This document shows, one piece after another, positions 24,937-38,445 of a stretch of 64,000 nucleotides of DNA. Every line of letters begins with the position of its first letter. The first letter of the stretch is position 1. The translations under genes were made by a program, and so were the position numbers. The notes below the pieces were generated by a model. It made no database searches, had not been told where the DNA came from, and worked only from the letters and a program-made list of their open reading frames with translations. The stretch comes from Lingula anatina. Taxonomy: Eukaryota > Animalia > Brachiopoda. The stretch spans positions 6,696,001 to 6,760,000 of the forward strand of contig CM120642.1 in the NCBI GenBank assembly GCA_051362555.1, given 5' to 3'.

Positions 24937-27574
24937 ATGGGTGACTTGGCTAGAGTAGACATCAACCTGTACATAGGGAGCAGGGACGATGCCAGTGACA
25001 CAGAGACATTACAACAGAAAGCAGTGACACACATTCTGACCATTGATGTGAAGCCACTGCCTACTACACAACAAATGACATTTCAGTGTAAATTCATCCA
25101 TGCTCTGGATGACCCAGAGACTGACCTTCTGAGTTATTTTGAAGAGTGCATTCAGTTTATTGAGGATGGAGTGAAGATGGGAGGAGTGCTGGTGCATTGG
25201 TATGTTTGGTATCTTCACAAATTAAAATAACAATGGATAATAATTGCATAATTAGTATTTGTTTACAGCTCAGAAAAAAACCTATCGTGTAACTGCATAG
25301 ATTATGAAGTTGAGTAAAGAAATATAGGTCTTTCCAAGAAACAGCAAATGTACATGTTAACATGAATGTTTTGAATTCCTCAATGAAGCCATCATAGCTG
25401 AATTAAAAGTGAAATAGTATAAGGTGAATGGCAGAACTGTAAAATTAATGTATTTAATCACTGCTTCAGTGGATTATTTGTCTTCAATAATACATTTAAT
25501 TCTTCTGTATTATTACTCAGACTATTTATTAATTTTTATTTTCACTTCAGTGCAGCAGGGGTGTCTAGGAGTGCCACCATAACAGCAGCTTATCTCATGA
25601 GAAAGCACAATATAGGCGTTGAGGAAGCTCTTGGCAAAATTGAAGAGAAGAGACATGTTGGGTACTGTTTTGATTCTTACAAAATATCATTAACAAATAA
25701 TTTTTAAAAATATTTTTATCATATAGATTGTGCAACATTTTATTCATAACAGGATATGGAAGGCAGAACTGTTAGTTAGTTTACTAGTAAATATCTGATT
25801 TATTTTAGGCCAAACCCAGGATTTATGCAACAATTACACTTATTCGAAGAAATGGGTAGTAGACTTGACCAGAAACATCCAAAGTATAAAATTTATTTCT
25901 GGAATAAATTGTCTGCCAGGGTACAAACAGGTAACTAGGTGGATTCCTAAACACGCTTCCTCTTAGTTGCTTTTTTTTTTTAATTTTCTTACATCATATC
26001 CAAGCAAATGAAACCAAAAAGCTATTGTTTTGCTTTTCTTTTAATTAAAAACTTAGTATTTTAAGAGTATAGTAAGAGTAGGTCAGATCCCACTGCATAT
26101 TTTTAGACTTCACTGAAAGGCAGTCTCATCTTTGATTACATGGCATTCATGAAGACTCGATGGAGAAAAACGATGAAAATATTCAGTATATTTTTTAATG
26201 ATTTGCTTTTCTAATCATTTTTGGCACAGCACGTTCCTTAGAAGACATTAATGCAGATACATTAGAACCTGATCCCTCTGTGGGAGGAACTGGTGGCGAA
26301 ACAGTGTATAGATGTAAAAAGTGCAGGCAAGTAGTTCACATATGGGTGTAGAAAAAGGTAACTCACTTGTAGCATCATTTAAGGCAAACTTTTTCATATT
26401 TTTCACCTTTTTCTGCTAACTGTATGTGAATTAGCATTACAGCCTGCATGAATGTTTAGACCATGGTCCTGTGGTTGATATTCCAAGATTATTGTGTTTA
26501 ACATTATCAAAAGACTTATTTGAGAAATTTATAACTATCCAACCAAGAAAAATGATTAACAACTGAGATTTGAGACAATTTGAGACATTTTATATTAAGA
26601 TACAGGAATTTTGGTTAAGGTTGAAACGTCATGCCACATATGAAAAAAAAATAATGTCCAATCAACTTATAAAAACAATTCTCTTTGTCACTGCTAAAAT
26701 TATGTTGTTGCATTTCAGACGCATTCTTTTCAAACAGACCAGCTTTTTGTCTCATTCTGAGGGTATAGGCGAAGCTGCATTTGACTGGAGGCGAGACAGT
26801 ATAAAACATGATGGCAGCCATAGCAGTAGTGATGAAAAAGAGACCATGTGCTCACAGTCTTACTTCATAGAACCAGTGCAATGGATGTCTGACTGTATCA
26901 GTAGTCTAGAGGGGAAAGTGAGTATACTTCACTGGCAGATTGGGGGGAAGGGGCACACAGACGAATTATAAAATTTATAAAATGTTTCTTTCTTAGTTTT
27001 TTCTTTCATATAATAATAAGCCATTTGCTATGCAGACTCACAGAATGATACATAATACAAATGTTGTAGATTGATCAGTTATATTTCCCTTCCAGCTTTC
27101 TTGTCCGAAGTGCAATGCCAAACTAGGGTCTTTTAATTGGGCAGGTAGGTACACTGTACTTACAAATGGTCAGTATTCTGCAAAATTCTATGTAATGATT
27201 CTCCTTCGACAATGTTTTAAAAATCACTCTCAGCAAATAGCAAAGGAAAAAAATCCACAAGGTTTGCATGTGATATACAATGAGGGGTATAAGGTGATGA
27301 GTAAAATAAGGGTTTGTAATATTAAGAATTCTGTGTATAGAGAGCACTTATTTTTTTCCTCTTATGTGATATCACACTACTGGTTGCATTGTAACATGAA
27401 TTCTCAAATTGATGTCCTGTTTACATTTTAGGGGAGAGATGCCCATGTGGAGCTTGGATCACACCTGCTTTCCATGTTCAGATACAGAAAGTGGACAAAT
27501 CAAGTCCTAGAAGTCTACCAGTCACAGTGCCCCCTCAGTGTAGAACTACTGCTAATCAAACAACATTAACTTAA
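24937..27574 (+). CDS. DUSP12: Dual-specificity phosphatase 12 (DUSP12/YVH1). Exons: 24937-25199, 25551-25661, 25809-25930, 26230-26326, 26719-26917, 27096-27144, 27432-27574
   Basis: Spliced frame is continuous: LYIGS...THILT...DDPETDLLSYF...GVLVH|CAAGVSRSAT (HCxxGxSR active site), PNPGFMQQL.LFEEMG, and a C-terminal zinc-binding domain YRCKKCR|RILF...C..YFIEPVQWM...LEGK|LSCPKCNAKLGSFNWAG|ERCPCGAWITPAF. TAA at 27572-27574, AATAAA at 27632. Confidence 0.93.
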
Positions 27575-27654
27575 GCCCTGTATTCCACTGGGCACTGAAT
27601 GAAAATTTGATACAGACTGCGCTGCATTTTGAATAAAGATTTTAATTTTTTATT

Positions 27655-27979
27655 TAAATAAACAGTCTGAGTAAAAATACAGAAGAATTAGATGTATTAT
27701 TAAAGACAAATAATCCACTGAAGCAGTGATTAAGTGCATTAATTTTACAGTTCTCTATGCCATTCACCATTTTCTACTTTCACTTTTGATTCAACCATGA
27801 TGGCTTCATTTAGGAATTCAAAACATTCATGTTAACATGTACATTTGCTGTTGCTTGAGAAGACCTATATTTCTTTACTCAACTTTATAATCTACTGTCA
27901 CACAAGTTTTTTCCTGAGCTGTAAATTAATAATTATCATCGAGAAATTTTAACAAAATTTGTGAAGATACCAAACATAC
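27655..27979 (-). repeat. Inverted copy of DUSP12 intron 25200-~25532
   Basis: Reverse complement aligns along its length, e.g. gtatgtttggtatcttcacaaatt, gttgagtaaagaaatataggtct, cagcaaatgtacatgttaacatgaatgttttgaattcct, aatcactgcttcagtggattatttgtctt. Confidence 0.92.
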
Positions 27980-28389
27980 AAACTTTAGTGAGTATATAAT
28001 GGATCCAATGCTGCACTACTGCGTAGGGCATACAAATCATAAGTTCAAATTGAACACGTTCATTTGCGTTATATAATTACATGTACGGCCATAAAACGAG
28101 TCGCATGCACAAGCAAGCGACTGTATTAAGTTAATATACGAGTCTGGGGGTTATTTTTGTGAACTGAACACACCTTCCTTTTTACCCCCCCCCCCCCCCC
28201 ACCCCCACCCACCCCAAAAAAAGTTTTTCCTTTAATCACGTTGGGGACATTCAGTCTAAATTAAGAGTAAAGTACGTTATTAAAATTGCACATTTTTAAA
28301 GCTAGTCCAGGAGGAAAACCAGAGATAAAACCCTTTTATATATCTTTCTTTATGAACATGGCGAAAACGGCTCTGGAAACCGGGCAATT

Positions 28390-29310
28390 GAGCGCAGCTG
28401 CGCACGCCAACGACAGCGCTGTGCCTGACCCACCTGCCCACCGTATATACGTTATACTTCTTATAGTTATATATTCAATTTTCAGAAATCATATAGAGCA
28501 AAATTACTGCATTACACACTCTAGCATTCGAACATGAGGACAAGGGTATAGCTGTGTTTAAAACAGCGGAATTATCAAGAAGTCGCAGAGGCTTCGATGG
28601 TAGATCTTAGACCAAATGGAAACCTACCTTGTCACGCAGAAGGCCAGTTTGGTTGTACACGTTTACATCTGCATTTACAATCGATAGCCCGGGTGCCGTA
28701 CAGATGTATTTCATCTTGTGATACGCCAGTCCCCGAACATGGTCTTATCATCACCGTCGAAGTTCACAATGTTCACAGGGCCTTGTTTGAGAAACCGACA
28801 CGGAGCGTTTTTTTCTGTGACTATGTTTTGTGCTGAGATTTAGTTTGGGTTCACCTAAGACGTTAAAGAGCACAATGGGATCAAAGTCGGCCCGGTTTTG
28901 GCTTAAAGGGATAATAACTCTTCGTATGAGATCTATATATCATAATAAAAATATTGTGAACAACTCATAGAAATATAATATATTCTGTTTTACCACAAAA
29001 CGGCAGTTATAGCTATTATTCTGATATCTAAAGTTGTCTTTAGACCACGTGACCTCCATTGATGGCCATAAAAAACTTTTTAGAAAAAAATTCCAGGGAC
29101 TAACTTTGAATGTAAAAATGGACTCATTAACCATTGGTAAGTATGGGAAAATTAGTTTACTCCAGGAAAATTCATTTTTTGGCCAAAACGAAGAGTTATT
29201 ATCCCTTTAAGCAAGCCCCTATAAGAAGAAGGAATCATTTCAAAACGTTCAAACGTGTACAAGCAATTGCAACGATACGAATTTTAAGAAAAACACATTT
29301 GTTAAATAAT
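28390..29310 (-). repeat. Diverged inverted copy of part of the array unit, interrupted by a MITE
   Basis: Reverse complement matches unit/relic segments: ccaaactggcc, accatgttcg, cgctccgtgtcg, cccattgtgctctt, ataggggcttgcttaa, caattgct, ggtgggc..gcgtgc.c.gctgc. Confidence 0.8.
28907..29206. mobile_element. 300-bp MITE with TTAA target-site duplication and AGGG...CCCT termini (Kolobok-type)
   Basis: TTAA at 28903-28906 and 29207-29210; perfect 19-bp TIR agggataataactcttcgt/acgaagagttattatccct. Removing it restores the unit sequence ...ttaa gcaagcccctat. Confidence 0.85.
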
Positions 29311-29365
29311 TTTGTAGAGAAGATACCGTTCTCGTCTGCAGATCGCGATATACAGGTGGTAAGAC

Positions 29366-29644
29366 AGGGGCGGATACAGGATTTGAAGGGGGGTTTGTTT
29401 TTTACGAATGACAGGCCTCGGATTCGAAGCCGACCCTCGTCCCCCTTGTGGTAGGGTTCGGGGCCTGCTTAAGGGCCCCAGTATATTTTGGTGTTTTGAA
29501 AGTCAAGCGGTGCCATTTGGAACGGTGAAGAACTATAAATCATCTAGTAAAAATTCTTATTTCTAGAGGGGAATCAGTGTGATTTTTTTCAGAAACCGAA
29601 GTGGGAGTCAGGACCCCCCTGACCCCCCACTAAATCCGCCACTG
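29366..29644. mobile_element. hAT-like MITE
   Basis: Termini caggggcggat ... atccgccactg; no clear 8-bp TSD remains. Confidence 0.55.
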
Positions 29645-30535
29645 ACCCCCACCCACCCCCACCCTCAACCATCCGTCCGCATAGCATGTCGATCGTTATG
29701 TCAAAACCAAAAATATTCATGCTAACGAAGTATTTTCATTGGTTCATGTTTTATCGCGAGGTTATAGGTACAGAAACATTCAGAATGCAAAGATGAAAGT
29801 TCTCGGACTAATACTGATATCTGCGTTGCTAAACTAGTACGGGGATATAGCTAAACGCTGAAACCAGATTGTCGTTAAGTTCCTGGTCGTCTAACGTGCC
29901 AGTTTTCATGATAATAAATTACTAAGATACAGAGTTATATCGGAAACCGATCAGTATCTCAAACCAATTTACAAAGCGGAATTGGCTATTAACGCGTGAC
30001 CACCCTATGCGCAGAATCGAGTGAGGTGCTGAGAAAAGGAACAAAAAAATTAAATAAATAAATAAATAAAAAATAAGTTTCATGTATTAAAATTCTTATT
30101 TAATTGCCACAATATCTCGATACATATCTCACGTAAAAGAAAACGGGAAATTAGCTATTTTCCCCAATATAGGCCTTGATACCGATACCCCTTAATAGTT
30201 CATGTTTTTTGGTTATCAAATTACATGTATGTAACAACATATAGAAAAAGCTTTTTTCTTGAAAGCTATGAAAGCTGGATTGAGAAAATGTGGCTCTTTA
30301 AATATTCTAAACTTTTCTACATAAATGTAAAACATATATGTATAATTATAATTAATGTATGTATATACGGTAGGACCGGGATGTCGGCCTTGTTCTGACA
30401 TATACATGTTAAAATCATGTCAATCTTAACGCAGTATCTCGTCTTCTTTCTTTGGCAAGTCTGTTTTTAAAGCCCAGTTACAACCTCTTATAAGAAAATG
30501 ATAATCATTTCATTGCAGTGAATGGTTGGTGAACT

Positions 30536-33500
30536 TTAATGTAAAAGTTTCTGTCGCATTAATGTGATGGCAGCTTTTTCTCTGCGACGAGCCCGGAAGT
30601 AGACGACGTATATGGCAACTGTTCCCACGAGCACCGTTCCAATTATGCACCCAAGAATGATTTGGTGTATTATAGCCGCATTTAATTTTGCCATCAGGTC
30701 TGTGGATGGGAAAAAAAGAAGAATATAGAAAGACATGGGTGTAAACCAGAACAGATAAGGAAATATAAAATATCTTTATCAACTAAGAACTCAAGTTTGT
30801 CTTCAAATAGTTCCTCAATTAAAAGATACATGTTAAACCTAATGTAATATGTAATGCAAATGTTATGTCAAACCCAAAGTATATCATTAATATGAACCTA
30901 ATTAATTGCATTTTGTCCATGGTAGAAAGAAACAGCACGAAAATTCATGCACTAACATTAATTCTTATATACGGCCCCGGCTATGCATACTGTTAGCACA
31001 ACCGTACATAACAGAAACCGTTTACAGGAATGCAAAAGCATGGATTTTTTTTTTTTGCCAAGAGATAGACAGAGAAAGAGAAGGGAGGGGTTGACAAATG
31101 CTTTGCAGCAAAACAAACCTGAATTTATACTTTCTGCATCCATTTGTTCCCCATTAAACTGGTAAAACCAATCGATGGTAACGTGTTGTATCCTATCAGT
31201 AAAGGGGGCCTTTGTAACCAATGATTGGGTACTAGTTGGACTTGGCTGTCTTCCAGGACGCACTTGCACCATTGCCATGGTGTCACCTTTCTGCCCTTTC
31301 TGTCCAGTCACACTCATCCCCTTCATCCCTTTAATGCCCTTCATCCCCTTCAAGCCCATTTCTCCTGTCGCACCAGAATTTCCCACGTTTCCCGTCATGC
31401 CCTTCTGGCCTTTTTGGCCTTTGACGTCCCCAGGCTGACCGACTGCGCCTTCCAACCCTGTAAATTAAGTTTTACTTATATTGGTAACACATTCTTTTCG
31501 TAGTCGAGGTCCCGCACATACTGGTACAATAATAGCACTAGGAATCTTTATGATATGTAATTTAAGATTTTAATCTTTTTCTCCATTCTGTTAGGCTTTA
31601 ACTAGTTTATAAATAGTATAGTTATGACGAAGATTTTAAGAAATGTTTGAAATGTATTAATTTTATTCCTGACTTGCACATACAAGTGCAAATTGTAATT
31701 TAAACCCTAATTTGTACATTGTTTAACCATACTCCCCAAGCAAAAAAGTGTCACCTCTAAGGCAATTCGTAAAGTGATACAGAAAAATCATGTCGCGAAC
31801 CAATGTTCTTCTTTCAAATTTCCACAGAAAAAAATCAAAGCGACATTTTAGTGCTTAGTATACCAGTAGCATCTTCTGGATTGGAGGACGCACCTATTGT
31901 GTCTGTGAGTGGAGTCAAAAGTTTGCACAGTTTAGGCGTTCCACATTACGGTGCAAAAATACAGTAGTATGAGATCGTTTTGGTTAGCGGAGAACCAGAG
32001 GCAGAAAATTCGGAACATACGTCTTACCACCTGCTCTCCTTCTGACAATGTTTCACCTGCTTTCATCTGGGAACAGTATGAATGCCCAGTTTTGGGCTGG
32101 TGTCCATTCCAGAGTTCCAGTATGCAATCTGACTCAACTTAGGCGGTTTCTGGCAGTGATCATTGGTTTCCTCACAGAAACCCTACCAAAATAACGACGA
32201 TTGTGCACACGTCTTTGTGTTCTGCTTTTGTGAAATGTTGAAGTCAAGTTCCAAAATGTCATGAAACGTTTTCTACGAGGAAGGCGTATCAATCGGCAGG
32301 TCAAAATTACCTCTGGTGTCGACCGCTTGGTTAAAAAAATGCATTCCTCTCACTGAAGAGTCGCATATTAAAAATAATTGGTATTGGTGTATTTTAATGG
32401 TTACGCTAGGTACGTCAATTTTCTACTTCTCACATCCCCAATTTACACGATAACCACTTGCCTCTTTGTTATATAATAGTAAAATTAAACCTATGGTACC
32501 CTAGTAGTAATAACTGTACAAAAATGTACATACCGGGGTAGTTGCGGTAGGAGTGGCACCTTTTTGACAGGGGTGTATACAATATATCAAATAATGCCAT
32601 GCAATCAAAGCAGTTACGAAAGAGACGTCGTAGGATACAGGGTTAAACAATATTTGATCATAAGAATATTTTTCCCGAGAAATATAAAAAGGAGCACGTT
32701 TTTCTGCTTCTTTGAAGAAAATAGGGCATCTTAAATTTCAGATATACCGGGTAACTAGCTAAATAACAGTATTGGAGATGGGGTTTCTCTTACCTTTGGG
32801 TCCTGCTGTCCCTGGTGGCCCACCAGTGCTTATTCCTTTTGGACCTCCTCTTCCTGGTGGCCCTCCTGTTCCAGAAGGCCCCCTTGCACCTGATGGCCCT
32901 CCTGTTCCAGGCGGTCCTCCTGTGCCAGGATGCCCTCCTGTTCCTGGGGGTCCTCCTGTTCCAGGTGACCCTTCAGTTCCCGGAGGGCCTCCTGTTCCTG
33001 GTTGGCCTCCTGTTCCTGGAGGACCACTTCTCCCAGGCGGCCCCTCTGTACCCATTGGTCCACTTGTTCCTTGTGGCCCTCCTATACCCGCTGGCCCTCC
33101 AATTCCAGATGGCCCTGCTGTTCCCGGTGGCCCTGCTGTTCCCGGAGATCCTGCCATTCCTGGCGGCCCTCCTGTACCTGTTGGCCCTCCTGTTCCATGT
33201 GGCCCTCCTGTTGCGGGTGTCCCTACTGTTCCTGGGGGGCCACCTGTTCCGGTTGTCCCTGTTGTTCCTGGTGGACCTTCTGTCCCTTGAGGACCACTTT
33301 TCCCAGGCGGCCCCGCTGTACCCATTGGTCCACTTGTTCCTGGTGGCTCTCCTGTACCTGGCAGTCCTTCAGCTCCGGGTGGCCCTCCTGTTCCAGGTGG
33401 CCCTACTGTTCCAGGAGACCCTATTCTTCCAGGAGACCCTACTGTTCCGGGTGGCCCTGCTGTTCCTGGTGGGCCTCCTATCCCGTTTGGCCCTAATCTC

Positions 33501-36500
33501 CCTGGTGGGCCTCCTATTCCCGGTGGACCATTTGTCCCAGGGTATCCCACTGTACCCAATGGTCCAGTTTTTCCTTGTGGCCCTCCGATACCTGGTGGCC
33601 CTCCTGTTCTGGGTGGTCCTCCTGTTCCTATCGGTCCTGCTGAGCCTGGTGATCCTCCTGTTCCTTCTGGTCCTGTTGTACCTGGTGGGCCTCCTGTTCC
33701 TGTTGAAAAAAAAAATGAAAAAATTAACTTCAGCATCTTTCTTTCAAATATCCAAGAAACTTGGAGGGAGATTTAAAAAAAACATGCTTCTTCATTTTTT
33801 TTATTTCGGTAATATTGCAGAGAATGCTATATCGATAATAATAATAAAACGAAGATAATGGATAAATAATAATGATTACACGTTGCGGCTTTGGTTTTAA
33901 TTTTCAAGTCACTTAAAGGGATTGCCCTGTCCCCGCTACTTATAATGACTATCAGTACTGGTTGATGACTCCCACTGTTAATGAGCAAACTCTTTAGTAA
34001 ACAAAATAATTCAACATCTAGTCATCTAGCTGCAAAAGGCCTATTTCAGCGGATCACCGAGCTCGGGCTTGGGTGCACAGATACCTGACATACCTGGATA
34101 GCGCTTTCTTATTAAAACCGAACGTGGAGCAGGTAATTATGTTCAAAACGAAGTCAAAAGCAGATGGAAGCACAGCACGTGCTATTTAAACCATGCAGTT
34201 CACATACCAGGCTCTCTACACATTTCTTCGGCCTGTTGGATCTGTTCTGCAGATAAAACAGTCACGTACCATTGGACACATCTCATGGCACCAGGGAAAT
34301 ACCTCGTATCTCCCGTGGAGCTGCGCCTGGCTCCCATACGGACATCTGTGTCGGTGATATGGTTCAGTTGAGGGGTGTCTTGAAACTGACCCACCTCGAT
34401 TCCGTCCTTCCACAACCTAACCACCCCAGTCTGGAAATCGTACGTAAAGCCGACATACGTCCATTCAGTATCACTAAGTACAGGTAGAGAGTGGGCTGAA
34501 GAAAAACTGTACGGATCCTTTTGTACAAGACGAAGAAATAACTGCCCATTTCCTGTAGACCATATGTGAGTACCGTAATCATAATCGTCCACGCTCCGGC
34601 GAAAGTGAAAAAGTGGGCCCTGGTTCGCCAAGTCTTGTAGGCGCACCTCAGCCAGCCATGTAAAAGAGTCAGCCTTTAATGCTCCATTGTTTGGAATTTC
34701 GATGAAGGAAGTAACTGAGCCTTCAAATTTAGCTGAGCCTTCGCCGATACCGTAAATGCCTAGTTTAAAAACATGTAAAAATATGAAAGGTATATCATAG
34801 GTTTCCTGTCTTTGTATTTGAGTTACTAATGCCCCTATTTCACACAGACCACGAATCCCACGAATCGCCAGGAATTGACAAATTTCAGGATTCGTGGTTG
34901 AATCGTAATCAGTTCGTGAAGTTATTAACAGATTCGAATATATATTCGTAGTCAGTTCTTGCAATTCTTGATCAATCACGAACTGATTAAGACGCGTGGG
35001 GAGGCGTGTGAGAGGCGGAGAGACCTTTACAGGATGAAACGGTCTTCCTTTCATGTAGTTCCGCCATATTTAGATCGCGGCCTTACTAGCGCTTGGCTCT
35101 TCTCAATCTGAATGGTCCCTGTTACAGTTAAGTGATGGCAACAGGTACGCAACAGATACTGTAAAACATGAAGAACAAATTAGATATTTGACTTTATATG
35201 CACCACGGAAGAAGAGAAAATGAATACGATTGGGTTAGTACAGATTATCTCATCAACACGGAAAATAAACTGGATAATTGTTGCTCGTAATGGCTGTAAT
35301 TTTAACAATGGGGGCAATCACAAGATGAATTAAAAAAAAAAAAAACACTCACAGTTACAAAAATAGTGTTCGTGAGCTTATTTGAAGGTTAACTAGTCTG
35401 ACCAGTACTACATGCACATTGATGGCATCAGCTCGAGCGATCTGTCGCTTGACATATGCATCGGGAACGCATCAGTTCTCGTCAGCTTACCTTATTATGT
35501 AAACCATATAAGTACCTACTTCTATGTGTAAACTTACTTCATGTGTTATACCAGTATGCATGGTTTGAAAGTAAACGAACAAAGGTTAATACCCCCGTCA
35601 CACTAGAGGCGGAATGAGCAAGAATGCCGTTGGAAAGACAGTTCTTTGTGCGTTCCTGTATATTCGAAGAGCATTCTAAAAATTCCGAGTGCATTCCAAA
35701 TATTTTTACCCATTCTTGTGGCCGGCCCAAATGTTTTGCTCATGTTAAAAACTTTCGAAGTGCATTCCAAGTGGAAAATTATCGAATGGCATTTGAATTG
35801 TATTCTAACTGCACTATGACTGCATTCTAAATATTCTCACGGCATTCCGACAGCATTCGAAACATTCGAGGGAGAACCGAAATGGCAAGACACTTCAAAT
35901 CCTGCTAGAATGAGCCGGAATGCAACTCGAATGCATCTCGATCCTATTTCAGCCAGCAATCGAACTACACTCGTGCGGCATTCGAAGTGTATTCTAAATA
36001 TTCTGACTGCATTCTGACAGCATTATTGATATTCCTAGTTTTCCAACTACATTCGAGCTGCATTTGAGAGCTAATACAGACTAAATGTGCAGGAATCATT
36101 CCAGGCGGATTCAAGCGCATTCTGAGTATTCCAAGGTCAATTTGAGTTTTCTTCCCGAATGTAGTACGAATTTTTAAATTTAGTCATTCCGGCTGGTTCT
36201 GCTTGATTCCTGCTGATTCCGAATAAGTGTGACGGGGGCTTAATATAAATCAAGATGGGATAACACATACGTGTAGAACACTTTTAAAAAAAAAACTCCA
36301 ATTTTCACTAGAGGATCAGAGAGGCGATACCGCCTCTGGATATTGTACCACCAGCTGGAGTAAGCGCATTCGTATGGACCCCCCCCCCCCCCAAAAAAAA
36401 AAAAAAAAAAAATTGGACACCACCACCAGTCTTGTGCTTGACAAGTTCTATAAATGCAATAAAAGAGTTCTCAAAATATGAAAAAAAAAAATTGAAAAAA

Positions 36501-38412
36501 CATAATAGTTAAAATGGTCCAATCAAGGAGATGTTCAAATTGACCTGTATTTTCCTAACACTGATCACTCCTGTGATTTTCTGGACAATAGGCCTATTGG
36601 TTTTCCTTGAAATGCATTATCAGTATTGCATATACCGGTATGCTGACAAAAGAGAAAACCTAGCGACAACACTGGGCAGATCTCTGCTAGTTTTGAAGAT
36701 ATGAAGGGCAAGAAAATATGCAGAGTTCAGTTTGTGGTTAAAAAGTAGGTCAAAGGTCAATTTCAAGGTCACAGTATATGACTTGCTATATAAGTTCAAT
36801 AGTAGCTATGGGCATTTCTTTGCCAATGTTGGAGATATGAAGGCCAGGAAACATGCAAAGTGCAATTCATCATAAATAGTAGGTCAAAGGTCAATTTCAA
36901 GGTCACAGTAAGATTGCCAGTATATGACTTCCTATTCAAGTTGAACAGTATCTATGGGTGTATCTCTGCCAGTTTTGGAGATAAAAGGGCTGGAAAATTT
37001 GCAAAGTTCAGTTCATGGTGAAAAGTAGGTCAAAGGTCAATTTCAAGGTCACAATAAGAATGCCAGTATATAACTTCCTATTCAAGTTTAACAGTACCTA
37101 TGGGTGTATCTCTGCCAGTTTTGGAGATATAAGGGCTGGAAAATTTGCAAAGTTCAGTTCATGGTGAAAAGTAGGTCAAAGGTCAATTTAAAGGTCACAG
37201 TTAGATTACCAGTATATAATTTCCTATTAAAGTTCAATAGTAACTATGGGTGTATCTCTGCCAGTTTTGGAGATATAAGGGCTAGAAAATTTGCAAAGTT
37301 CAGTTCATGGTGAAAAGTAGGTCAAAGGTCAATTTAAAGGTCACAGTTAGATTACTTGTATATAACTTCCTATTCAAGTTCAATAGTAACTATGGGCGTA
37401 TCTTTGCCAGTTTTGGAGATATAAAGATCAGAAAACTTCAAAGTGCAGTTCATCATGAAAAGTAGGTCAAAGGTCAATTTCAAGGTCACAGTTAGATTAC
37501 CAGTATATGACTTCCTATTCAAGTTCAATAGTAACTATGGGCATATCTCTGCTAATTTTGGAATATTTAATATTTTCCCCACTGAATATTGCAATGTTGT
37601 AATTTTTGATATAGCGCAATGCCTAAACCATATAGTCCAGTGGCTTAGGGTAAAAAAATGGCCAAATCGTTACACGGCGGATAAAAGCACCAAATTTTGC
37701 ATGTGGGTACCTTTTGACATACTAAATCAAATTAGAGCCGTAGCCCACGGAAAAAAGTTACCGTTTGGCCAAAAAATCCAAAATGGCCGCCAATTTGTGA
37801 AATTCTATAGAAATATAAACATACCTATGTTGATTTTTATCAAATAAATTATTTTCTCAGAGTTTTCCACACCCTTATTACCCATATTATGCATACATGT
37901 CAGATAACAAACGACTGTCCTTGGACTTTTTGAAAAATCCAAGATGGCCGCCGTATGGCATAGGAATACTAGAACAAGGGTTTTCAACTAATGCCAACTA
38001 TAGGTTCCAAGATACATTGCCCACTATCTAATTTATTTTGTTTCTGAGTGCCTTATTACACAAATAATATATTTGTGGTGAGTAACTAACGTTTATTCTG
38101 AGGCATTTCGAGAAAATCCAAGATGGCCGCCATATCAATACTAGTATACACATAGGGCTTCTTCTGCCATGGAGATATAATATTAATTGATAAAGTAGGT
38201 TTGTTTCTGAGTATTTTCCACATCTTTTTAATCCACATAATATAGGTGATGAGAATGTTATATGTATCCTTTTTGAAAACAAAACAAAGCAAAATGGCTG
38301 CCATTAGCCATAGAAGGAGGGGTTCAGTTAATACCTGCGAGAGATAGGCTTCCATATAAAATGAAGCTGAATTCAGTTGTTATTCTGTCTTTTATTATTA
38401 TTATTATTATTA

Positions 38413-38445
<33 letters not shown>

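Noticed and set aside
3111-29652. One giant hAT transposon with TSD spanning the array and DUSP12
   Set aside because: The 8-bp flanks (gtccaccc versus acccccac) do not match and there is no transposase. Kept only as an inverted-homology observation.
32772-33858. Long plus-strand ORFs (172, 347 and 164 aa) over the collagen-like exon
   Set aside because: They are shadow frames of an 18-bp coding repeat; splice sites and phase support only the minus-strand Gly-X-Y frame.
34760-35054. N-terminal part of ORF 34200-35054 as coding
   Set aside because: A splice acceptor at 34760 joins in phase to exon 41150-41260, which supplies the WPL..D.SGNGN start of the domain; the extension looks intronic.
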